DNA from: Deltaproteobacteria bacterium
Lineage (GTDB): Bacteria; SAR324; NAC60-12
DNA: 64,000 nt
Reading direction: 5' to 3'
Assembly: GCA_038150265.1 (NCBI GenBank)
Contig: JAYOTF010000013.1
Location: forward strand, 13,726 to 77,725
Under the pieces are notes generated by a model. That model was not told the DNA's origin, made no database searches, and saw only the letters and a list, made by a program, of their open reading frames with translations. Both the position numbers and the translations under genes were made by a program. Positions 17,520 to 27,611 of the stretch are shown one piece after another; position 1 is the first letter of the stretch; each line of letters opens with the position of its first letter.

Positions 17520-20465
17520 ATGAGCAAAGGCCTGAGTCGAAGAAATCTATTCAAATACATGGGGGTTGCGGGCGCCACTGCAACTGCAGCTGGCTGCCAA
17601 CAAAAGCCTGAGAAGCTGATTCCAATGCTGGTCCCGCCGACCAACTTCGAATACGCCCCCAGCGAAGCGTACAACTACATGACCACCTGCCGGGAGTGCG
17701 ATGCTGCCTGTGGCATGATGGTCACGGTTCGGGAGCACCGCGCCCAAAAAGCCGAAGGCAACCCCAACCACCCCCTCAACCAGGGCGCCCTGTGTGCCCG
17801 AGGTCAGGCGTCCATGCAGGCGCTCTACAATCCGGATCGCCAAGCGGCTCCTTCCAGCAAGGCCGGTGGCGCCCTTACCTGGGAACAGGGCCTTCAGGAG
17901 TTCACCCAGCGCCTCAACACCGCAGGCGGGCAGGTGGTCTACCTGGGACGTCCGGAAACCGGAACGCACAAGGCGTTTGTGGCCGAGTGGCTGCAAGCCG
18001 TTGGCGGAGGCCGCAAGGTGACCTTTGACCTGCTCAGCCGGAACGCCCTCATTGAGGCCAACCGCATTGCCTTCGGCAAGGCGATGGTCCCGGATTATGC
18101 GTTTGAGGAAGCACAGATGCTGATCAACTTCAGCAGCGACTTCCTGGAAAGCTGGGGCAACCAGGTGGAGAACAGCCGCCGGTTTGTCAACATGCATGCC
18201 TACCAGGACGGCAAGCGCCGCGAGTTTGTGCAGGTGAGCCCACAGGTGTCCCTGACCGCGTCCAAGGCCGATCGCTGGGTGGTGATCAATCCTGGAACCG
18301 AGGGCGTCATGGCCCTGGCGCTGGCCCATGTGGTCCGGAACCAGAAGGGCGGATACGACTGGCTCGAGCGCTACCTGGAGGCCTATGCTCCGGAGAAGGT
18401 CGCCGCTGTCGTGGGCGTGGAAGCTGAAAAAATTGTGGAACTGGCTGAAGCCTTCAGCAACGAGACCCCGAGTCTGGCGCTGGGAGGCGGACCTGTTGCC
18501 GCCACCGAGGCTGCGGTCGAGATGCAGGTTGCGATCAACATCCTGAACGCTGTTGCCGGCAACCTCAACCGCACCGTTGTGTTCCCGGAGTTCAGCCCTG
18601 CAGAAGACACCTCGCACCAGCAGATCGTGGACCTGATTCAGGACCTGAACGCTGGCCGTGTGAAGGTGCTGGTCGTGGACGATTCCAATCCGCTCTATGG
18701 CCTGCCCCCTGAACTGGGAATGGCCGCCGCGCTGCAGAAGGCCTACGTCGTGAGCCTCTCCTCGCTGAAGAGCGAGACCGCTGGGGCTGCCGACCTGGTG
18801 CTTCCGGCGCTCACACCTTATGAAAGCTGGGGCGATGCCGCCCCGCGTGCCGGTGTCCGGAGCCTTCAGCAACCGGTCATGGCCCCCGTCAATGTGTTTG
18901 ATGCGAAGGCTCGGGAAGATGTCATGATCACCGTGGCCAAAGGCGTCCGCCGCAGTGCATTTGAGGGCATCACCACCTACAAGGATTACCTCCAGAAGGC
19001 CTGGATGCAGGTGCAGAGTGAGACCGGACGCTCCGGGCTCTTCGACAACTTCTGGGTGTCGGTGCTTGAAGAAGGCGGGGTCTTTGGTTCGACTCCGACC
19101 ACGAATGTGGAACTGGCCAACAGCGTGACACGTGTTTCGCTGCCAACTCCCGCTGCCAACGAAGGCCTGACCCTGCTGGCTTCCTCTTCTCTGCTGAAAG
19201 CAGACGGAAGTGGCGCCAACAAGCCGTGGCTGCAGGAGGTGCCGGATCCGATGTCGCAGATCGTGTGGGACTCCTGGTTGGAGATCCATCCGGACACGGC
19301 CAAGGAAATGGGCATTGACGACCGGGATGTGGTGGAAGTGACCACGTCTCAGGGAACGCTCAGCCTGATGGCCTACTACTACTATGGCATCCACCGGAAC
19401 GCGGTGGCCATTCCGATTGGTCAGGGGCACGAAGGCTCCGGAGCTGCTGCAGACGGATTTGGCGTCAACGTGATGACGCTCCTTCCCGCCAAGCAGGATG
19501 CCTCTGGAAACCTGGTGTTCTCTGGAACAGCCGTCGAGGTCAAGGGCACGGGCAGCAAGGGCTACACCGTCAACATGGACGGCAACCCCCGTCAGGCGGG
19601 ACGCGACATTGCGGCGGCCACCACCGTGGCTGCTCTGGCTTCTGGAGAGGAAGGACACGGCGGACACAAGCGCCGGACCGAAATCTACCCGGACCGTGCA
19701 GAGACCGCCGGCTACTACAAGCCGTATCGCTGGGGCATGACGATCGACCTGGACCGCTGCACCGGATGCTCGGCCTGTGTCGTGGCGTGCTACGCCGACA
19801 ACAACATCCCGGTGGTGGGAAAAGAGCGCGCCGCTGTGGGACGGGAAATGTCCTGGCTTCGCCTGGAGCGCTACTTCGAAGGCTACGGCGACGAGTTTGA
19901 AACCCGGATTGTGCCGATGATGTGTCAGCAGTGTGGCAACGCCGGTTGTGAGCCGGTGTGTCCGGTTTATGCGACCTACCACAACCCGGAAGGCATCAAT
20001 GCCATGATCTACAACCGGTGTGTGGGAACCCGCTACTGCTCGAACAACTGCGCGTACAAGGTCCGACGCTTCAACTGGTTTAGCTACGAATTCCCGGCGC
20101 CGCTGGATCAGCAGCTCAACTCCACCATGACCACCCGTGAGAAGGGGGTGATGGAGAAGTGCAACTTCTGTGTGCCTCGTCTGACCTATGCCAAGCGGCA
20201 GGCCAAGGCGTTGGGACGAGACCTGCGGGACGGAGAGGTGATGACGGCATGTCAGCAGACCTGCCCCACCCAGGCCATTACTTTTGGGAACCTTTCAGAC
20301 CCGAACAGTCGGGTTTCTCAGTTGGCCATGCGTGACGACATGGAGCAGCGTGATCGTCAGTACGAGGTCTTCCCGGAACTCAACTTCAAACCCGCTGTTA
20401 CTTACCTCAAGAAGGTGAATACCCGTGAGGTGGGTGGGCACTCGGACAGTGCTGAGCACGCCTGA
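17520..20465 (+). CDS. actB: Alternative complex III subunit ActB (TAT-exported molybdopterin-oxidoreductase-like domain fused to an Fe-S domain)
   Basis: Twin-Arg SRRNLFK with lipobox-like AAGC; NKPWLQEVPDPMSQIVWD; CTGCSACVVAC, CQQCGNAGCEPVC, RCVGTRYCSNNCAYKVRRFN, GVMEKCNFC. Confidence 0.92.
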   Translation: MSKGLSRRNLFKYMGVAGATATAAGCQQKPEKLIPMLVPPTNFEYAPSEAYNYMTTCRECDAACGMMVTVREHRAQKAEGNPNHPLNQGALCARGQASMQALYNPDRQAAPSSKAGGALTWEQGLQEFTQRLNTAGGQVVYLGRPETGTHKAFVAEWLQAVGGGRKVTFDLLSRNALIEANRIAFGKAMVPDYAFEEAQMLINFSSDFLESWGNQVENSRRFVNMHAYQDGKRREFVQVSPQVSLTASKADRWVVINPGTEGVMALALAHVVRNQKGGYDWLERYLEAYAPEKVAAVVGVEAEKIVELAEAFSNETPSLALGGGPVAATEAAVEMQVAINILNAVAGNLNRTVVFPEFSPAEDTSHQQIVDLIQDLNAGRVKVLVVDDSNPLYGLPPELGMAAALQKAYVVSLSSLKSETAGAADLVLPALTPYESWGDAAPRAGVRSLQQPVMAPVNVFDAKAREDVMITVAKGVRRSAFEGITTYKDYLQKAWMQVQSETGRSGLFDNFWVSVLEEGGVFGSTPTTNVELANSVTRVSLPTPAANEGLTLLASSSLLKADGSGANKPWLQEVPDPMSQIVWDSWLEIHPDTAKEMGIDDRDVVEVTTSQGTLSLMAYYYYGIHRNAVAIPIGQGHEGSGAAADGFGVNVMTLLPAKQDASGNLVFSGTAVEVKGTGSKGYTVNMDGNPRQAGRDIAAATTVAALASGEEGHGGHKRRTEIYPDRAETAGYYKPYRWGMTIDLDRCTGCSACVVACYADNNIPVVGKERAAVGREMSWLRLERYFEGYGDEFETRIVPMMCQQCGNAGCEPVCPVYATYHNPEGINAMIYNRCVGTRYCSNNCAYKVRRFNWFSYEFPAPLDQQLNSTMTTREKGVMEKCNFCVPRLTYAKRQAKALGRDLRDGEVMTACQQTCPTQAITFGNLSDPNSRVSQLAMRDDMEQRDRQYEVFPELNFKPAVTYLKKVNTREVGGHSDSAEHA

Positions 20466-20492
20466 GCTTTTATCTAACACACGGAGAAATCC

Positions 20493-21956
20493 ATGCACGC
20501 AGCTGCGCTAAACCAATACGACGCTGACGCAGGTCGCGTTGTCATTGACGAGCATCTCGGGCACCCCGGCATTGAAGCAACGACTCTGGACTACGGACAG
20601 ATCAATGACGACATGCTGGCGATGCTGGAGAAGCCGCATCCCTCTTACTTCCTGCTCCTGCTCGGCTTCCTGACCGCGCTGGTGCTGGGAGTCATCAGCC
20701 TGGCGATTCAGGTTGATGTCGGAATCGGTTATTCCGGAATCAGCCACCCGATCATGTGGGGCTTCTACATCACCAACTTCGTCTTCTGGGTCGGAATTGG
20801 TCACGCCGGGACCCTGATTTCGGCAGTGTTCTACCTCACCCGAGCGCCCTGGCGGACGGCGATTTACCGCAGTGCCGAGGCGATGACGGTGTTTGCGGTC
20901 ATGACCGCGGGCCTCTTCCCGATCCTGCACACCGGACGTCCCTGGCTCGCCTACTGGCTGATTCCCTACCCGAACGAGCGGATGCTCTGGGTGAACTTCA
21001 AGTCTCCGCTTCTGTGGGACGTCTTTGCGGTCTCGACGTACATGACGGTTTCGATCATGTTCTTCATGCTCGGTCTGATCCCGGACATGGCGATTCTGCG
21101 AGACGAGGCCCTGCGCCGCGGACACAAGCTCAAGGCGCTCATCTACACGCCCATGGCCCTGGCCTGGAGGGGCACCAACCACCAGTGGGTGCACTACATG
21201 CGTGGTTACCTGATCTTTGCCGCTCTGGCGACTCCGCTGGTCTTCTCGGTCCACTCGATCGTGAGCTGGGACTTTGCGATGTCTTCGGTTCCGGGCTGGC
21301 ACACGACGATCTTTGCGCCTTACTTTGTGGCAGGGGCGATCTTCTCGGGACTCGCCATGGTGATGACGGTGCTGATTCCGGTCCGGGTCGTCTTCGGGCT
21401 GGAGCAGTACATTTCCACCCACGTTGTCAACAGCGTCTGCAAGGTGATCATCTTCACCTCGATGGTGGTGGGCTACGCCTATGCGACCGAGTTCTTCATT
21501 GCCTGGTACAGCGGCAGCCCTTATGAGCGGGCGATCTTCTACTTCCGTCCGTTCGGAGACATGACCAGCTGGACCCTGACGGGGGATCACAACATCACCT
21601 TCCCGCAGATTGCCTTCTGGCTGATGGTCTTCTGTAACGTCATTGCCCCAATTCCCCTGTGGCGCTACAAGGTCCGCCACAACCTCGTGGCCGTTTGGAT
21701 CATCTGTGGCCTCATCAACGTGGGAATGTGGTTTGAGCGCTTCAACATTGTGGGAAGCTCGCTGCAGCATGAATACGACCCGGCGTCTTGGGGTGAGTAC
21801 TGGCCGACCATTGTTGAGGTGGGCATCACGGTGGGAAGCTTCGGATTCTTCTTCACCCTGTTCTCCCTCTTTGCCAAAACCCTTCCGCCGATGGCGATCA
21901 TGGAGCTGAAGGAAGCGGCAAATCCTCCAATGAAACATTCTCCGAAGGAGCATTGA
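20493..21956 (+). CDS. actC: Alternative complex III quinol-binding membrane subunit ActC (NrfD family)
   Basis: ITNFVFWVGIGHAGTLISA, RSAEAMTVFAV, SPLLWDVFAVSTY, VHSIVSWDFA, PGWHTTIFAPYFVAGAIFSG, GMWFERF. Confidence 0.95.
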   Translation: MHAAALNQYDADAGRVVIDEHLGHPGIEATTLDYGQINDDMLAMLEKPHPSYFLLLLGFLTALVLGVISLAIQVDVGIGYSGISHPIMWGFYITNFVFWVGIGHAGTLISAVFYLTRAPWRTAIYRSAEAMTVFAVMTAGLFPILHTGRPWLAYWLIPYPNERMLWVNFKSPLLWDVFAVSTYMTVSIMFFMLGLIPDMAILRDEALRRGHKLKALIYTPMALAWRGTNHQWVHYMRGYLIFAALATPLVFSVHSIVSWDFAMSSVPGWHTTIFAPYFVAGAIFSGLAMVMTVLIPVRVVFGLEQYISTHVVNSVCKVIIFTSMVVGYAYATEFFIAWYSGSPYERAIFYFRPFGDMTSWTLTGDHNITFPQIAFWLMVFCNVIAPIPLWRYKVRHNLVAVWIICGLINVGMWFERFNIVGSSLQHEYDPASWGEYWPTIVEVGITVGSFGFFFTLFSLFAKTLPPMAIMELKEAANPPMKHSPKEH

Positions 21957-22477
21957 TGGCTAAGTTCACCGGCGTTTGGGCCTCGTTTGCCCACTTGGAT
22001 GAGACGACGGAGACCATTGAGGAGGTCCGGACCAAAGGCGTTCAGCCGACGGTGCTTTCCCCCTGCCCGCGTCATGAAATCGACCATGCTCTGGGGGAGC
22101 CTCAGAGCATTGTTCCCTGGATTGCCCTCGCGTTTGGCGCACTGGGAACCCTCATCGGCTACAGCCTCCCGGCGTGGACGGCTTCCGACTGGGTCCTTCC
22201 GGTGAGTGGCAAACCGATTCTGGCCATTCCCCCGTTTACGGTGATTGGGTTTGAGCTGACGATCCTGATGGCCGCCTTTCACACGCTGGCCGGGCTGGCG
22301 CTGCTGGCGGTCATTGACACCCTCCGGCATCCGATGCCGGCAGGAGTCAAGAAGTACCTGCGCTTCCAACGGGATCGGTTTGGAGTCGTGGTCCGATGTG
22401 ACGAATCGCGCTTGGACGAGTTCATGGAGATCATGAAAAAGAATGGAGCAGAGGAGGTTCATGTCGAACGTACTTAA
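21956..22477 (+). CDS. actD: Alternative complex III subunit ActD (DUF3341)
   Basis: Two TM helices, VSGKPILAIPPFTVIGFELTIL, C-terminal GAEEV; positioned after actC. Confidence 0.88.
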   Translation: MAKFTGVWASFAHLDETTETIEEVRTKGVQPTVLSPCPRHEIDHALGEPQSIVPWIALAFGALGTLIGYSLPAWTASDWVLPVSGKPILAIPPFTVIGFELTILMAAFHTLAGLALLAVIDTLRHPMPAGVKKYLRFQRDRFGVVVRCDESRLDEFMEIMKKNGAEEVHVERT

Positions 22478-23141
22478 GCGAAACTGGAAACGGGCGCTGG
22501 CCGGGTGTGTCCTCCTGGGCGTGGGCGCCTCCATGCTCTCGGCAGTCGATCGGAACCCGTACTACGATCCGAAGGAAGAGGGCTACAACATCACCAACGA
22601 TGACCGTCCCTGGTTTGACGGTCAGGATTACCCCTTCTACCGAGACATGTACGACGGCAAGAGCCTGAAGCCTCAGGAAGAGGGCTCCTATCAGGAGTTT
22701 GCTGAAAACTCTGTGCCCGTCAAGGTGGTGTTGGGCAAGATCAACAAGATCTATGACCCCTTCATTCCTGCTGTGGTCGGAGACGGTTCGGGTCCGGAAG
22801 GACACCCTCGGGAGTTCTATCCGAAGAACCCCACCCGCGCAACGACGACCTCCTTGCAACGGGGTCAGGTGCTCTTCAACACCTACTGTGCTGCCTGTCA
22901 TGGACAGGATGGACTGGCCAACACCGTGGCTGTTCAAAAAGGCGTACCGGCTCCGCCCATTGTAGCGATCTTCTCGATTCCTACTGCCGAATCACATCTG
23001 TACAACAAGATTAAATACGGAAGTTACTATCAGACCCCACGGGGCCTGATGCCAGCCTTTGGAGCGCAGACGTCCGTTCAGGATCGCTGGGACATGGTGA
23101 ACTACATGGTGAGCGACCAGTTCGGTAAGGAGATTCAATGA
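22461..23141 (+). CDS. actE: Alternative complex III monoheme cytochrome c ActE
   Basis: DMYDGKSLKPQE, RGQVLFNTYCAACHG, MPAFG, DRWDMVNY. Confidence 0.88.
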   Translation: MSNVLKRNWKRALAGCVLLGVGASMLSAVDRNPYYDPKEEGYNITNDDRPWFDGQDYPFYRDMYDGKSLKPQEEGSYQEFAENSVPVKVVLGKINKIYDPFIPAVVGDGSGPEGHPREFYPKNPTRATTTSLQRGQVLFNTYCAACHGQDGLANTVAVQKGVPAPPIVAIFSIPTAESHLYNKIKYGSYYQTPRGLMPAFGAQTSVQDRWDMVNYMVSDQFGKEIQ

Positions 23142-24412
23142 AAGAGATTGCTGAAAAGTCATTGTTTGAGATCCCGAAAGGGATCAAGACCCTGCTTTGG
23201 GCCTTCGTGGCACTGGGCGTGGCGATGTTCGTCATCGGTCAGGTCGGAGACGAAGAAAGCGTGCTCCGGGCGTGGCAGACCTTCCTGATCAACGTCATGT
23301 TCTGGGGCGGCATTGCTCAAGCCGGGGTCATCTTTGCGGTGATCTGGCAGATCACGGATGCCAAGTGGGGGCGCCCCTTCAAGCGCCTGGCTGAGGCCTG
23401 TGCCGGGTTCTTGCCTGTTTCGTTTGCAATGTTCCTGGTGGTGTTCTTTGGCGCCACCGTGCTGTATGAGTGGACCCACACGCCCTTCCTGCACCATGGG
23501 CATGCGGTGAAAGCTGGCTGGTTGAACCTGCCCTTCTTCATCTCCCGCAACATCTTCTGGCTGTTGCTGATGTACGGCATTTCGTACTGGTTTGTGAAGA
23601 CCTCCATCAAGCCGGACGTGGCCCTGGCCCGCAAGCTGCTCGGCAGCAAGTGGGGCGGCGCCTTTGCCGACAAGATGCTCGACGGCTACGGCAACCATGA
23701 AGACGAAGTGATCCGCCTGGAGCAACTGTCCCGACGCCTGGCACCTGCGCTGGCCATCCTCTATGGCGTGGGCGGGTCGTTCCTGGCCTGGGACTTTGTG
23801 ATGACCCTGGATCAGGAATGGTTCAGCACCCTGTTCGGGGTGTTCTTCCTGATTGGCAACATGCACGCCTTCCTCGGGCTGATGCTGGCCATCTCGGTCA
23901 CCGTCCGGAACAAGTTTGGACTGGCAGACTACATTACGGTCAATCGCCTGCACGACCTGGCCAAGATGGCATTTGCCTTCTCACTGCTCTGGACGTACAT
24001 GGGGTATTCGCAGTACCTGCCGATTTGGTACGCCGACCTCCCTGAGGAAACGCCGTACCTGATCGTCCGGACCATGGAGCAGCCCTGGCAGACGGTCTTC
24101 CTCGTCGTCCTGGCCTGGGTCTTCTTCTCGGTGTTCCTCGGGCTGTTGCCGAAGACCCTGTGCCGCAACCCGGCATACATTCGGGTGATGGGCATCTGGA
24201 TCGCAGCCGGTCAGTGGCTGGCCATCTACCTGATGGTTGTCCCGTCGCTTCAGCACGAAGGGCACTACCATGTGTATCTGGGACTGACGGAACTGCTGAT
24301 CACCCTCGGCTTCCTGGGGGCGTTCTTCCTGTCCTATCTGTCGTTCCTCGGAAAACTGCCGCTGCTGCCGATTTCCGACAAGCACCTTTGCAAAACCTGG
24401 CACGGTCACTAA
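23138..24412 (+). CDS. actF: Alternative complex III membrane subunit ActF
   Basis: Polytopic membrane protein; WLNLPFFISRN, WDFVMTLDQEWFSTLFG, LHDLAK, SQYLPIWYADLPEET. Confidence 0.9.
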   Translation: MKEIAEKSLFEIPKGIKTLLWAFVALGVAMFVIGQVGDEESVLRAWQTFLINVMFWGGIAQAGVIFAVIWQITDAKWGRPFKRLAEACAGFLPVSFAMFLVVFFGATVLYEWTHTPFLHHGHAVKAGWLNLPFFISRNIFWLLLMYGISYWFVKTSIKPDVALARKLLGSKWGGAFADKMLDGYGNHEDEVIRLEQLSRRLAPALAILYGVGGSFLAWDFVMTLDQEWFSTLFGVFFLIGNMHAFLGLMLAISVTVRNKFGLADYITVNRLHDLAKMAFAFSLLWTYMGYSQYLPIWYADLPEETPYLIVRTMEQPWQTVFLVVLAWVFFSVFLGLLPKTLCRNPAYIRVMGIWIAAGQWLAIYLMVVPSLQHEGHYHVYLGLTELLITLGFLGAFFLSYLSFLGKLPLLPISDKHLCKTWHGH

Positions 24413-24428
24413 ACCGTCCACGGTCTCT

Positions 24429-24452
24429 TCCGGAGCGTTTCGGCGCTCCGGA
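24429..24452. terminator. GC-rich hairpin after actF
   Basis: tccggagcg-tttcgg-cgctccgga. Confidence 0.45.
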
Positions 24453-24467
24453 CTCTCCGACCTCCCC

Positions 24468-25190
24468 ATGTTCCGGACTGTTTTCCTGACCCTTGCCGGA
24501 GCACTCTCCCTGATCAGCCTCTGGGCGATCTCTCCTTCTCCGTTGTCCGCACAAGTTCTGCCCTGGGAAGATCCGTACCTGGATCCGGAGGCGGCCCAAC
24601 CCGTTGGGCGACGAGCTGACAAGGACTTTGGCTTCCTGATCGGTACGGGCTACGGCCTCCACCCCATGTACCTCCCGGCGCCTCCTCTGGTCGTGGGGTG
24701 GTACCAGGACCCGTTTGTCATCAATGTGGAACGCAGTGACACCGAGCAGGCTCAGGTCCTGACCAAGGAACGTCTGGAATCCTTTGGCACCTCACGCTTT
24801 CAGAACACGGCGCTGGTGGGACGGTACTTTCTGGGACAGTCGCTCGTGGTCATGGCGACGTTGGAGGAGCGGAAGCTGGACCTGTGGAACCGGACCTTCA
24901 ACCGGCAGCAAGGAGAAGCCAGCTTCGACCAGCACCTCAAGGCAACGGTTGCCACCGGAGGCGTCGGGTTCATGAGCTTCTCCAATTACTCGTTTTTTGG
25001 AGTTGATGTGCTACGATACGCGGTACCCCTGAGTGAGTCCGCCGAGGTGGTGGAGCACTACGAAACCTGGACGCTGATCAGTGGCGACCGCTCCCTGCTG
25101 GATGAAAACATCGAGGGGCGCAATGAGACCTGGCTCGATTTGCTCAAGGTGCCGTCCGGGTTCGTCATCTACTGGGGCTTGTGGTTCTAG
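24468..25190 (+). CDS. Secreted hypothetical protein, possible outer-membrane beta-barrel
   Basis: Signal peptide; alternating aromatic/Gly strands; C-terminus FVIYWGLWF ends in Phe. Confidence 0.6.
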   Translation: MFRTVFLTLAGALSLISLWAISPSPLSAQVLPWEDPYLDPEAAQPVGRRADKDFGFLIGTGYGLHPMYLPAPPLVVGWYQDPFVINVERSDTEQAQVLTKERLESFGTSRFQNTALVGRYFLGQSLVVMATLEERKLDLWNRTFNRQQGEASFDQHLKATVATGGVGFMSFSNYSFFGVDVLRYAVPLSESAEVVEHYETWTLISGDRSLLDENIEGRNETWLDLLKVPSGFVIYWGLWF

Positions 25191-25191
25191 G

Positions 25192-26382
25192 TCAGGAAGT
25201 CGCCGGGGCCGGCACCCGGATCCGGACGTACCAGAGGATCAGCCCGGCGACCCCTGCCAGCAGCGGAAGGGCCAGCAGGTTGACCCACTGCCAGCCCAAG
25301 AGGTTCAGCAGCACTCCGGCCATCAGTGATCCTGTGGCGGCAAAGGCAAACACCAGCATGTCGTTGGCGCCCTGTACGGCCGCTCGCTCTTCCGGACGGT
25401 AGGTCTCTGTCAGAAGCGCGGTTCCGGCCACAAACATGAAGTTCCAGCCGACTCCGAGCAGCACGAGGGCCGTCCAGAAGTGCCACCAGCTTTGCCCGGT
25501 CAGGTTGATGGCGACACAAATCGCATTGAGCAGAATTCCAGTGAGGATGATCCGTAGGCTCCCGAAGCGCTGAATGAGGTTTCCGGTGAAAAACGAAGGG
25601 GCGTACATGCCCACGACATGCCACTGGATCACCAGCGCTGCATCTGGAAAGGCGTGGTGGTGGTGCGTCATGGCCAGCGGCGTTGCGGTCATCACCAGCG
25701 CCATGACGGCATATCCGATGGCCGCGCTCACCACCGCAACGATCAGCTTCGGCTGACGGAAAATTTCAGGCAGGGGACGCTGGGAGGTGCTTTCGCCCGG
25801 AGTGCTCATGGACGGGAGCTTCAGGAAGCTGAGAATGAGCGCAATCACCGCGTACAGCGTGATGATCGCCAGGTAACTTCCCGCAAAGGCCGCCTCTGGA
25901 ATCAAGTCCCGGGCGTAAGCCGCAATGCCCGGGCCCAGCACCCCCGCGGCAATGCCTCCGGCCATGACCAGGGAGATCGCCCGCGACCGGAATTCCGGCT
26001 CTGCGACATCAACGGCGGCAAAGCGATAGAGCTGTCCGATGCCGAGCAGCAACCCGATGCAGAAGATGGCCATGCAGAAGAGGACAAAGTTTTCCTGCAT
26101 GATGGCAACCGCTGCGGTTCCGGCGCCGATGGTGCCCAGCAGCACCCCCAGCAGGAACACCGCCCGGCGTCCGTAACGGCGCATCAGCAACGAAGCCGGC
26201 AGCCCGGCAGACATCGTCCCCAGCAAGTTGAGGGACAGCGGAAGCGTGGCCAGGGCCTTGTTTTCCGCAATGGTGTTGCCAACCAGAGACGCGGCAGCAA
26301 CGTTCAGGCTGGCGGAGGTGGCCGAAAAGGCAAAGCAGACGCCCAGTAGTGAGACCTGGACCCGTGAAGACAGTGTGGGCAT
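25192..26382 (-). CDS. MFS transporter
   Basis: LMRRYGRR motif A, QLYRFAAVD, MTATPLAM, IQWHVVGMYAPSFFTG; about 12 TM segments. Confidence 0.92.
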   Translation of the reverse strand: MPTLSSRVQVSLLGVCFAFSATSASLNVAAASLVGNTIAENKALATLPLSLNLLGTMSAGLPASLLMRRYGRRAVFLLGVLLGTIGAGTAAVAIMQENFVLFCMAIFCIGLLLGIGQLYRFAAVDVAEPEFRSRAISLVMAGGIAAGVLGPGIAAYARDLIPEAAFAGSYLAIITLYAVIALILSFLKLPSMSTPGESTSQRPLPEIFRQPKLIVAVVSAAIGYAVMALVMTATPLAMTHHHHAFPDAALVIQWHVVGMYAPSFFTGNLIQRFGSLRIILTGILLNAICVAINLTGQSWWHFWTALVLLGVGWNFMFVAGTALLTETYRPEERAAVQGANDMLVFAFAATGSLMAGVLLNLLGWQWVNLLALPLLAGVAGLILWYVRIRVPAPATS

Positions 26383-26474
26383 ACCCGTGTACTCCATATC
26401 ATGAATCTGTTTCCAAAGTGATCAAGCATAGCGATGCCTTCTGACGAAACCAAGCCCTATTCCCGGACCTGTTG

Positions 26475-27611
26475 ATGAACTGGAGTGACTACTGGACCTT
26501 TTATCATGCGTCGGTCGCGCTCTTCTTTCTGGCCGTCCTGTTTCTGCTGATCCGCTGGATCTTCCTGCGCAAGGGATCGGGTTCCAAGGAGCCCCGCCTG
26601 CGCTTCAAGCACTGGAACCGTCAGTTTGCCCAGAGCGAGGAGCAGCTTCAGGATCTGCTCGAGGAGTTTCCTGCGTTGCCCAAGGACGCGGTGAAGCTCA
26701 TCCGGAAGCGCCGCAAGCAGGACCGGAAGGCGGAGAAGCAGAAGCAGCAGGCCCGGCAAATGGAGCAGACCACTGCCATTCGGCAGGCGCTTGAAGAGGG
26801 GCAGTCGAGCAAGGAGGTGCTGCGTCAGCACTCCAACCGTGTGTATGTCCTGGACTTCAAGGGCAACGTCATGGCCAGCGAGGTGGAGCACCTGCGAGAT
26901 GAAATCACCTTCCTGATTCAGGTGGCAACCCCGTCCGATGAGGTGGTTCTGCGCCTGAACAGTCCCGGCGGTGCCGTGGCCCAGTATGGCCTCGCAGGCT
27001 CTCAGGTGGCTCGGTTGCGTCAGGCCGGGCTGACCTGCGTGGTCTGTGTCGACGTGGTGGCGGCCAGCGGCGGCTACATGATGGCAGCAGCGGCGGACCG
27101 CATTGTTGCCGCGCCCTTTGCCTTCATCGGCTCCATCGGGGTTGTGGCAGGCATGCCCAACTTTCACCGGGTTCTGCAGAAGAATGAGGTCGACTACCAC
27201 CTCTTCACTGCGGGCAAGTACAAGCGCACCGTGACGCCCTTTTCGGAGGTCCGGGAGGAGCACAAGGAGAAGCTTCAGGAAAACCTGGAGGCAATCCATG
27301 AAGCCTTCAAGAATCACGTCCGTGAGGCCCGTCCGGACCTGAATCTGGACGAAGTGGCCACAGGGGAAGTGTGGCTGGGCTCGGAAGCGCTTGCGCTCAA
27401 GCTGGTGGATGAGCTGTCCACCAGTGACGACTACCTCCTCCAGAAGGCGGAAGCCGGGTGCGAGGTCATCGTCATTTCAACAGAGACCCCCGGGTCTCCC
27501 ATGGATAAAATCTTCCGTCGTGCAGAAGGGGTGCTGGGGCGGCTGTCTCCGTGGGGGCAGCGTCCGGAGTCCAGCTTCTGGGGCGGTTCTTCGTCACAGT
27601 CCCTCTCATGA
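26475..27611 (+). CDS. sohB: S49 family protease SohB
   Basis: N-terminal TM, VYVLDFKG, RLNSPGGAVAQYGLA, VAASGGYMMA, TAGKYKRT, VATGEVWLG. Confidence 0.92.
   Translation: MNWSDYWTFYHASVALFFLAVLFLLIRWIFLRKGSGSKEPRLRFKHWNRQFAQSEEQLQDLLEEFPALPKDAVKLIRKRRKQDRKAEKQKQQARQMEQTTAIRQALEEGQSSKEVLRQHSNRVYVLDFKGNVMASEVEHLRDEITFLIQVATPSDEVVLRLNSPGGAVAQYGLAGSQVARLRQAGLTCVVCVDVVAASGGYMMAAAADRIVAAPFAFIGSIGVVAGMPNFHRVLQKNEVDYHLFTAGKYKRTVTPFSEVREEHKEKLQENLEAIHEAFKNHVREARPDLNLDEVATGEVWLGSEALALKLVDELSTSDDYLLQKAEAGCEVIVISTETPGSPMDKIFRRAEGVLGRLSPWGQRPESSFWGGSSSQSLS

Noticed and set aside
17547..19982. 811-aa antisense ORF inside actB (likewise 3049-4839, 1465-2898 and 51657-53939)
   Set aside because: Each is antisense to a well-supported gene and has the typical shadow composition (rich in V, G, H, Q, R).
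16715..21956. Alternative call as a Qrc or polysulfide/Nrf-type reductase
   Set aside because: The presence of ActD (DUF3341), monoheme ActE, ActF and a fused ActB fits alternative complex III.
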